A stretch of DNA of 64,000 nucleotides from a virus. Lineage: Duplodnaviria; Caudoviricetes. The first letter of the stretch is position 1; every line of letters starts with the position of its first letter. Of this stretch, positions 57,132 through 64,000 are shown piece after piece. Position numbers and translations under genes: made by a program. The stretch lies in the IMG/VR virus record IMGVR_UViG_3300025789_000018; one strand, 5' to 3'. The notes under the pieces were generated by a model, which saw only the letters and a list, made by a program, of their open reading frames with translations, did not search any database and was not told the DNA's origin.

Positions 57132-57711
57132 CAGCAGGTTTTTTCATTTTAATGTGGCCCAAATAATATTTCTTATGCCATTCTGCAGATTGTTCTGGTG
57201 TTAATCTGACTTCTGCTGATGCATATGGGTGTGTTGCATTTCTTTTGTTTGACATAAAGTCGCTTTTTTGTTGGTCAAATCTTTTTTTATTTTTCAGATT
57301 TTGTCTTGGAGTCAACCCAACAGTTTTATTTTCATTTCCTGCAAAATTAGTATCTTCTAACGCCTTTCGTACAAGATGTTTAGGCACTTTCATCACATGA
57401 ATATCTCTTTTTTCATCTGGAAGACGGCTTACTTTTTTCCTTTTTCCTGCCTTTGCTTGGCCTTCTTCTGTATAAGCATAAGCCTTTGCTGTATTTGGGT
57501 CAAACGCATGTGAAACCATTCCTGTTGTTGGATCTGGACGAACAATGCCATGTTTTTTTATACTATCTCTATGCTCTTCAGATGCTCCATGATACAAATA
57601 CATATGATCTCCATCGTCATCATCATGTATAGAGTGTAAAGACCCTTTTCTATAATGAGCTTTATATTGTTTCGTTTCTTCTTCACTAAGGAATTGTTTA
57701 AATGATCTCAT
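57121..57711 (-). CDS. Putative ADP-ribosyltransferase-fold protein (H-Y-E clade) with capsid-targeting-like leader
   Basis: LYHGAS...SIKKHGI, FDPNTAKAYA, IHVMKV, SAEVRL; leader MRSFKQFLSEE (ATG 57711). Confidence 0.6.
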   Translation of the reverse strand: MRSFKQFLSEEETKQYKAHYRKGSLHSIHDDDDGDHMYLYHGASEEHRDSIKKHGIVRPDPTTGMVSHAFDPNTAKAYAYTEEGQAKAGKRKKVSRLPDEKRDIHVMKVPKHLVRKALEDTNFAGNENKTVGLTPRQNLKNKKRFDQQKSDFMSNKRNATHPYASAEVRLTPEQSAEWHKKYYLGHIKMKKPADAN

Positions 57712-57715
57712 AGAA

Positions 57716-58456
57716 TTACCCAATCATATCTGCCAGCGGCAGGCTGTAATCGTTAATCATTTCGTGCTCTAATGCATCAATTTCTTTAGTGGCTTCATCA
57801 TAGATCTTTTCAGCATTAAACTTCATTCCGCCAGGAAGAGCAACATCACGATATTTAATTAGATTTTCACCCCACTGCTTTTTGATAAGAGCAGTAGCAT
57901 AACGACAAAGCCAACGGTCGCCCCACGCCTTTGAGTATACATTAGGATCAATTACTTGATACGCTTCAATTATCATATACTCGCCCACATTAATTGCTGT
58001 CCAGTCCATATCAACATACAAAATACTACTATGGCGGTTATATCGTAAAGGCTGTTGTCCGACCAACATTTGTTCTAGGAATTGAATGTTTTGCATGGCC
58101 AGATAATATGGGACCATAGTTGTTGCAGTAAGGTCATACAAATCGTTTAATGCGATCTGATAACGAATATTGAACAAATTGTTTGTTGACAAATTTTGCC
58201 CAATAGGATAGATGTTAACAACACCGATGATATTATCTGGCATTGTGATGTATCTATTGACTTTATCTTGAGCAGTGACCTGATATTTGTAATATGTTTT
58301 ATCAGTACCATCATAATGATAGTCCCAAAAGTATTTTAGAGCATCATCAACGCGATCATCAACTTGATCGTCATCTACGTTGATTTCTATAACTGGTTTA
58401 CCAAGTCTACGTAGACAATATTCTACAAACGATGGTCTATCTGTTGGTACTGCCAT
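57716..58456 (-). CDS. gp13: Neck protein (T4 gp13-like)
   Basis: YCLRRLGKPVIEINVDDDQVDDR, ALIKKQWGENL.KY..V.LPGG. Confidence 0.96.
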   Translation of the reverse strand: MAVPTDRPSFVEYCLRRLGKPVIEINVDDDQVDDRVDDALKYFWDYHYDGTDKTYYKYQVTAQDKVNRYITMPDNIIGVVNIYPIGQNLSTNNLFNIRYQIALNDLYDLTATTMVPYYLAMQNIQFLEQMLVGQQPLRYNRHSSILYVDMDWTAINVGEYMIIEAYQVIDPNVYSKAWGDRWLCRYATALIKKQWGENLIKYRDVALPGGMKFNAEKIYDEATKEIDALEHEMINDYSLPLADMIG

Positions 58457-58475
58457 ACTCGTATGTCCTTTTTTA

Positions 58476-58483
58476 TATTTATA
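58476..58483 (-). promoter_or_regulatory. Late promoter TATAAATA for gp13
   Basis: Exact consensus. Confidence 0.85.
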
Positions 58484-58487
58484 CTAC

Positions 58488-59165
58488 TTATGCGTATGTA
58501 ATAATAACTTGTCCGTTTGCCCCAGAACCCTGATAGTTTGTTCCTGTTGCTCCTATACCAACAATAATACTTAAACTAGTTCCTGGAGTAACTGTATTCG
58601 TGATTGTTTTGGTATATCCACCTCCACCTCCACCGCCACCTGCGCTGCCAACAGGAGTACCGTGTGGCTCGTTATATCTTGATCCGCCACCACCGCCTGC
58701 TCCTGGGACTGTTCCGGGTAACCCAGAAGCAAACCCCAATCCAGCATATGCCCCAGCTCCTCCTGTTCCTCCAGCAACTGAACCTGTTATACCGTTTCCG
58801 CCGGATCCACCAACAGCACCAGCACCATCACCATTACCGCCTGCATTACCTGTTGTATTTAATGTTGTTCCTCCAGAAGAAGTTCCTCCATTTCCTCCAG
58901 GAACAGGAGAATTTGTAGATCCTATAGAACCGCCGCTTCCTCCACCAGAAGTCATTGCAGATAAACCGCTTCCTGTTACAGAAGAATATCCGCCTGAAGT
59001 TCCGGAATTTATCGGATCTCCTCCTGATCCCCCAGCACCCCAAACTTCAATTGTCAGAGTTGTGTATCCAAACGGAACAGTAAATGATGAGTTTGATGTA
59101 AATACCTGCGACCCTGCTTTAAAAGGAACAGCTCCAGACAAAACAACCATTTGAATACCACTCAT
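58488..59165 (-). CDS. Glycine-rich tail adhesin/fibre-tip protein
   Basis: Start reassigned to ATG 59165 (MSGIQMVVL); F.VP.G.T.L.IEVWGAGGSGG...GGGGGGGY...GA.G.V.I polyglycine-II-type architecture. Confidence 0.75.
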   Translation of the reverse strand: MSGIQMVVLSGAVPFKAGSQVFTSNSSFTVPFGYTTLTIEVWGAGGSGGDPINSGTSGGYSSVTGSGLSAMTSGGGSGGSIGSTNSPVPGGNGGTSSGGTTLNTTGNAGGNGDGAGAVGGSGGNGITGSVAGGTGGAGAYAGLGFASGLPGTVPGAGGGGGSRYNEPHGTPVGSAGGGGGGGGYTKTITNTVTPGTSLSIIVGIGATGTNYQGSGANGQVIITYA

Positions 59166-59166
59166 A

Positions 59167-60090
59167 TTATGATATCCCAGAACCACCAACAAACCATCTA
59201 TCCGCAGCAACACGTATACATGTAGCAACAGCGCCAGGAGATAATGTTCTATTTCCTGTTGTTGTTGTTCCTGATAACTGAAGAGAAACACCAGTTCCTC
59301 CTGCTATTGTTATTATTCCTGTGTTTCCATTAATTATCGTAATAGCAGCTCCATTTGAATATGCTGCATTTAAGTTATTTGCAACAGTATATGTTAAAGA
59401 AGCTGAGTTTGATGCATTAAAAATATGACCACCTGCATCTGTTAATACAGTTGTATAATTGCTATTTTGAATATTCTGTGGAATATCGCGATAACCAATA
59501 GAAAATGCACCAGCTCCGTAATTTATTGTACTTCCTGTTCCTGTGAAATTTAAGTTTCCTGCAATTGTGTAATTTGCTGTTGTGTTTACGTAAGATGATG
59601 CTGGGGCTGTACCAAGATATGTTGCATTATTTGCTGCGGCAGCTGTTCCTGATGTGCTATTTACATACCCATAAGATGCTAGTGTTGTTGCGTTAATCAC
59701 TGCAGAAGCAGGTGTTGTTCCAAGATAAGACGCCGAATTCGCTGATATTGTTGCAATGTAAGAAGGATTAACAGTTATTGTACCGGAACTGTTTGTTAAT
59801 CCTGTGCTAAACGTATAATTGGTTGGGCCTGTTATAGCTCCCCAATAAGGAGATCCTGTAGATCCATTGGAATACAGTACATATCCTTGTGAACCGTTAC
59901 TTCCATTAGCAACCAATGTTGATCCAAGAGTAAAGCTTCCAGTTATATTTGCCGCTCCATTAATTTTGAACGCGACACCACTATCTACTGAATTTGTGTT
60001 TATTCCTACTTGGCCTGATCCACCAGCAGCAAAAATTAGGTTTGTATTAACAATAAGTCCGTTGCGTACTTTAAAATCGACATCTGTCAT
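59167..60090 (-). CDS. Tail fibre-type protein
   Basis: DFKVRNGL N-terminal motif, ANxAxYLG repeats, C-terminal YRDIPQN...WFVGGSGIS beta module. Confidence 0.75.
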   Translation of the reverse strand: MTDVDFKVRNGLIVNTNLIFAAGGSGQVGINTNSVDSGVAFKINGAANITGSFTLGSTLVANGSNGSQGYVLYSNGSTGSPYWGAITGPTNYTFSTGLTNSSGTITVNPSYIATISANSASYLGTTPASAVINATTLASYGYVNSTSGTAAAANNATYLGTAPASSYVNTTANYTIAGNLNFTGTGSTINYGAGAFSIGYRDIPQNIQNSNYTTVLTDAGGHIFNASNSASLTYTVANNLNAAYSNGAAITIINGNTGIITIAGGTGVSLQLSGTTTTGNRTLSPGAVATCIRVAADRWFVGGSGIS

Positions 60091-60167
60091 TTCGGTTCCC
60101 TTTCCCCGATTATGTTACTTTTGTTATATTATATAGCTACAATCACTAAAAACACTCATCATAATTT

Positions 60168-62471
60168 TTATATTCCTATTGCTGTCCAATATACTGTTGT
60201 ATTTGCACTATTACTTGTGAGTATAGTATATCCTGTTTTAGAAAGTGTAGTAACTGCAGGAACATATGTCGCGCCCGTTGTGCTGGCAACAGCAGTAAAA
60301 CTAAAAGCATTTACTGTATATGGAGTATAAAATGTTTGTGCAGATGTAGTTGAATTTACTAACAACGATCCCCACTTCATAACAATACCATTTGTTAATT
60401 GTGTTGATCCATTAGCTCCTACTGAAGCATTAGAAGAAGGTATTGTTGTACCAACAGAATTTACGTATAACACACCTGGAGATATATTTGAATATATTGA
60501 TGTGTTTCCTATTTGTATAGTATTTGTTGTTAGCGAAGAACCATTAGAAGTAGAAGATATTGTTCCAATTTGAATATTGCTACTTGATGCTATTGTTCCT
60601 GAAAACAACGAATTGCCTGCTGAATAAAAGCTATCCACACCAACAGCATATTTGTTGGTTACTTTTACAGTAGAACCATTAGCAGGATTGGCAAAATATG
60701 TTCCAAATAAGTTAGTTATTGTTATGTTAGAATTCAAAGCTGAGTATGTAGGAGTTTCAAAATTATTCATGTATGTAGAAGAAATAACGGCATTACTTGC
60801 AGTTGTGGTATCTGTATACGTAGCGTTTGCAATGACAATTCCAGCTCCATACGTACCCCATGCTGGCAATGAAGTGTTGGCATTCGTTGGAATAATTGTA
60901 CTTAGTTGGATAGAGCTAGTGCGGTTGGTTGTAGGTAGAGTACCACTTGTTGCACCAGTTGTTTGACGGAAACTATACACTCCTGAATACGCGTAAGCTG
61001 AAACAGAAATGTATTTGTTTTGACCACCAGAAGTAGTACTGAACCAAACCTGATACGAGGAAAGAGCTTGAGGATAAGAAACACTCCAGTAAATATCAAT
61101 AGAGGTACCTGCTCCAGTATTGAAAGATACTTCTTGGCTAGGTAATGTTGGATTACCGAATGAATCGATGCCCACAACTTTAAAATAATAAGTTGTGTTG
61201 TTTGCAAGACTTCCGGGAAGTGTTCCAGCTTTAGGAACAACCACACCGATAGTGATTGGTTGACATATAGGTGACACTATGCTTGGTATAGTATCTAAAA
61301 CAACAGTTTGAATTGATGTATTAGAATCCGAGGATCCTGTGGTATTCCACAGATTGAAATTACCATCATTGTCTATATAAACGACACCACCACCACCGAG
61401 TGTTATTGGCAGGTAGTATGTGTCGGAAGTTGTGGCGTAAGGATTACCAGCAAAGGTGGATGTCTGAATCCCGTTGCTTCCTGAACTGCCAGCAGCAAAA
61501 GCTACATTAGAATAAATGTTAACAACGGAAGCATTAACAACACCACCGTATACTGGCAAATAAGCAGCAATATTAGCATTTAAACCTGCTTTAGTCTGAT
61601 AAGCATCAGAAGTTAATCCACCAAAATATGTAGCATTATTAGCTGTATAAGCGAAACTAGAGTTTGTTGCATACACTGCCGAATTTACATTAAGATTCGC
61701 TTCAGTTTTACCACCAAGATAGGCAGCACTATTTGCTGAACCTGTGATACTAGCAGAAGCAGTAATGTAACCTGCTGGGTTAGATGCCAGATAATAGTTA
61801 GCTAGTGAGCTATTGGCAGCAAAGTATGAACTCTGGAACCCATTTAAGTAAGTAGCACTATTTGCGGAACCAGTGATGCTGGAAGAAGCAGTAATATAAC
61901 CTGCTGGATTTGATGCTAGATAGTAATTGGCTAGTGAACTGTTAGCTGCAAAGTATGAACTTGTAAACCCACCTAGATATGTAGCACTATTTGCGGTATA
62001 TGAGAATGTGGAATTTGTTGAATAAATTGCTGCATTTACATTGAGATTCGCTTCAGTTTTACCACCTAGATATGTAGCACTATTTGCGGAACCAGTAATG
62101 TTTGCTGATGCAGTAATATAACCTGCTGGATTTGATGCTAGATAGTAATTGGCTAGTGAACTGTTAGCTGCAAAGTATGAACTTGTAAACCCATTTAAGT
62201 AAGTAGCACTATTAGCAATGCCTGTATATGCAGTAGTTTGCACGGTATTATCAGGAAAAATTATAACGCCACTGTTAGCAAAGCACCATTTATCTATACC
62301 AGATGTGATGTTAATACTACTGTTTGAAATAATATTGCTTGTGTTGATAGAATTTGCAGTTAATATGTTAAAATAGCTATTTGAACCAAGTTGTATTTGG
62401 TTGCCAGGAAAATTTTGCAAAGAAATAGTATTTGCTGCATTCTTCAATACTACATTTATTCCGCTCGACAT
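60168..62471 (-). CDS. Long tail fibre protein with internal repeat array
   Basis: ANSATYLGG-based repeats; C-terminal STQLTNGIVMKWG...VYWTAIGI fibre-tip domain. Confidence 0.82.
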   Translation of the reverse strand: MSSGINVVLKNAANTISLQNFPGNQIQLGSNSYFNILTANSINTSNIISNSSINITSGIDKWCFANSGVIIFPDNTVQTTAYTGIANSATYLNGFTSSYFAANSSLANYYLASNPAGYITASANITGSANSATYLGGKTEANLNVNAAIYSTNSTFSYTANSATYLGGFTSSYFAANSSLANYYLASNPAGYITASSSITGSANSATYLNGFQSSYFAANSSLANYYLASNPAGYITASASITGSANSAAYLGGKTEANLNVNSAVYATNSSFAYTANNATYFGGLTSDAYQTKAGLNANIAAYLPVYGGVVNASVVNIYSNVAFAAGSSGSNGIQTSTFAGNPYATTSDTYYLPITLGGGGVVYIDNDGNFNLWNTTGSSDSNTSIQTVVLDTIPSIVSPICQPITIGVVVPKAGTLPGSLANNTTYYFKVVGIDSFGNPTLPSQEVSFNTGAGTSIDIYWSVSYPQALSSYQVWFSTTSGGQNKYISVSAYAYSGVYSFRQTTGATSGTLPTTNRTSSIQLSTIIPTNANTSLPAWGTYGAGIVIANATYTDTTTASNAVISSTYMNNFETPTYSALNSNITITNLFGTYFANPANGSTVKVTNKYAVGVDSFYSAGNSLFSGTIASSSNIQIGTISSTSNGSSLTTNTIQIGNTSIYSNISPGVLYVNSVGTTIPSSNASVGANGSTQLTNGIVMKWGSLLVNSTTSAQTFYTPYTVNAFSFTAVASTTGATYVPAVTTLSKTGYTILTSNSANTTVYWTAIGI
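61644..62216 (-). repeat. Intragenic array of 129-nt (A) and 93-nt (B) units in order A-B-A-A-B
   Basis: A = ANSATYL.GF.SSYFAANSSLANYYLASNPAGYITAS..ITGS (43 aa); B = ANSA.YLGGKTEANLNVN.A.Y.TNS.F.YT (31 aa); total 573 nt. Confidence 0.92.
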
Positions 62472-62480
62472 TATGGTTCC

Positions 62481-62816
62481 TTAATATGTTGCTGTAGGAT
62501 TAACAGTAAGTATACCTTCTACCAATCGTGTCACAGAATTTGCTGTCATATTTTTTGCATCAATGTCATAAACATATCTACCAAAAGACATGTTTGCTGT
62601 TGTACCATAATCTAAAGAAATGGTAATTGTCCCATTTGTTGGTGTTGGGATACTAACAGAAAAGCTAACAGAAGAATTTGATGTATACCATTTTCTGATT
62701 TTGCCTTGAACAGTATAATTTGTTAAATCAATGGGATTTCCGCTACTATCTGTTAATGACAGATCAGTAGAAAACGTAGAACCTTGATCAACATATATGT
62801 TTGCTTTTGCTGCCAT
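62481..62816 (-). CDS. Small Ig-like virion protein (BppU-like)
   Basis: ANIYVDQGSTF...DLTNYT...GRYVYDI...RLVEGILTVNP. Confidence 0.75.
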   Translation of the reverse strand: MAAKANIYVDQGSTFSTDLSLTDSSGNPIDLTNYTVQGKIRKWYTSNSSVSFSVSIPTPTNGTITISLDYGTTANMSFGRYVYDIDAKNMTANSVTRLVEGILTVNPTATY

Positions 62817-62825
62817 GTTATCCTC

Positions 62826-63443
62826 TTATACCGATAGAATTGTTTTTTGGAAAACAGCATTAACACCACCGCCTGCAATAGTAGTGTTTACTAGAGGTGT
62901 CATGGTAATAACAGCATTTCCTGAAGAAATACTAGCAGTAAAGACTGCAATAGGACCGCTAGTATTTGTACAAACAGTACCATATTCTGTAAGAACAACT
63001 GCTGCGGTGTTTTGCGTAATAAGCAATTCAGAACATTGCGCGCCAGCTGATGGCATATTGACTTGAATTACGTATTTTGCTGATCTATATGATGAAAGTG
63101 AAAATGTATCAATTTGTTGAGCAGCATTGGATGTTGAGTTTAATCTTCCACCCAACATAGAAAATATGTTTATTGTGGCAGCGCTGTTTGTTACAGCAAT
63201 ACCGCCGTCTACTGTTAGTGTATTTGGTGTTGATACACTGCCGCCACGAAGATATCCGTTAGCGACAAGAACAGTAGAAGAAAACGTACCATTAACAAAT
63301 CCATTGCCTGTACTTACATTGCCTGTAGCAGTACCATCAACTGAAACCATATTGTTGTTTACGGCAAGAGCGACCTGATTTGTATTATACAACCAAGTAG
63401 CAAAAGTATCTGTAGCTAAATTTGTTTGATTACCATTTATCAT
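62826..63443 (-). CDS. Virion structural protein
   Basis: N-terminal DTFATWLYNTN motif resembling T4 fibre/baseplate attachment segments; YRSAKYVIQ C-terminal domain. Confidence 0.65.
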   Translation of the reverse strand: MINGNQTNLATDTFATWLYNTNQVALAVNNNMVSVDGTATGNVSTGNGFVNGTFSSTVLVANGYLRGGSVSTPNTLTVDGGIAVTNSAATINIFSMLGGRLNSTSNAAQQIDTFSLSSYRSAKYVIQVNMPSAGAQCSELLITQNTAAVVLTEYGTVCTNTSGPIAVFTASISSGNAVITMTPLVNTTIAGGGVNAVFQKTILSV

Positions 63444-63661
63444 TTAGTTATTGCCTTTAGAATTTGAGAAAGCATTTCTTTCATTTCAACAAAATCAGAT
63501 TGCAAATTAGAAATATCTTCTTTAATTTTATTTTGCTCAAGTATTCTATTACGTTCTGCTTTATACAAATCTAAAGCATTAGTATCTGTATTTAGTATAG
63601 CTCCTGTTGTCATATCTCTACATAATCCAGGATGGGAGTCTATTTTAACTAATTTATTCAT
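63440..63661 (-). CDS. Small coiled-coil conserved phage protein
   Basis: KIDSHPGLCRDMTTGAILNTD followed by coiled coil. Confidence 0.7.
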   Translation of the reverse strand: MNKLVKIDSHPGLCRDMTTGAILNTDTNALDLYKAERNRILEQNKIKEDISNLQSDFVEMKEMLSQILKAITK

Positions 63662-64000
63662 TATGCACTAACACCAATAGCCTGGAATGAATTCATTGTC
63701 GGATAGACCGAGCTTGCATTTGCTCCAAGAAGAACAATCTTAAATGCCATACTATCGATCGCATCGTACTGAGACATAGAGCTATTGTAATATCTAACCA
63801 CGTTTGAATTTTGAGGATTGATAAACGCAGTATGTGGGGTTGACAATCTATCAACTAGCATATTACTCTGTACAAGACTTGTGTTTGTAGTAGAAACGTC
63901 CAAAGTGATAGAGTTAGCAGAGTTGACAGTTAACACAGTACCAATGAAGTATGTGTTTGTGTTAGGGAATAGAGCAGGATAAATCTTAACCAAGTCGCCC
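63661..64000 (-). CDS. C-terminus of a large baseplate/structural protein (continues beyond window)
   Basis: Frame open to the window edge; ends YYNSS...MAFKIVLLG...YPTMNSFQAIGVSA. Confidence 0.7.
   Translation of the reverse strand, partial: GDLVKIYPALFPNTNTYFIGTVLTVNSANSITLDVSTTNTSLVQSNMLVDRLSTPHTAFINPQNSNVVRYYNSSMSQYDAIDSMAFKIVLLGANASSVYPTMNSFQAIGVSA

Noticed and set aside
58571-59154. Pro-rich plus-strand ORFs (58600-59154, 58604-58918) and similar plus-strand ORFs throughout
   Set aside because: Shadow frames of minus-strand genes (poly-Gly read as poly-Pro); no RBS or family motifs.
61644-62216. CRISPR array or DGR template/variable repeat
   Set aside because: Repeats are in-frame coding units without unique spacers; no reverse transcriptase or cas gene in the window.
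1-64000. Stop-codon reassignment
   Set aside because: All core T4-like genes translate full length in the standard code; the single in-frame TGA at 7349-7351 is isolated.
1-64000. tRNA or other structured RNA genes
   Set aside because: Intergenic gaps are mostly under 80 nt and are explained by promoters, terminators or small ORFs; no cloverleaf recognised.

Overview
The window is a 64-kb segment of a large T4-like (Tevenvirinae-type) myovirus genome. Every supportable gene is on the minus strand. In transcription order it holds tail-fibre/adhesin genes; the neck-terminase-tail-head core (gp13-gp23); gp3, uvsY, uvsW, gp55, gp47, gp46; a ~7.6-kb accessory operon; the replisome (gp45, gp44, gp62, regA, gp43, uvsX, gp41); an accessory block (ClpP, Dps, HAD, probable internal head proteins, spanins); primase, Acb1, ThyX; and a class Ia ribonucleotide reductase locus. 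Spanins imply a Gram-negative host. The main finding is the operon between gp46 and gp45. It encodes a TET/JBP-type 2OG-Fe(II) dioxygenase, a class II glutamine amidotransferase, an amidoligase, a GNAT, a GIY-YIG-like nuclease, an amino acid:DNA transferase-like protein, a P-loop kinase and a GT-A glycosyltransferase. This reads as a post-replicative pyrimidine (probably thymine) hypermodification pathway, and the dioxygenase and transferase both end in sliding-clamp-binding-like peptides. Other notable points: nrdA is split inside its active site by a free-standing GIY-YIG homing endonuclease whose RBS is locked in a hairpin under a late promoter; several enzymes (ADP-ribosyltransferase-like, HAD phosphatase) carry T4-type capsid-targeting leaders; and virion proteins are rich in N-X-S/T sequons. 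All family assignments come from motif recognition by eye; no database search was run.
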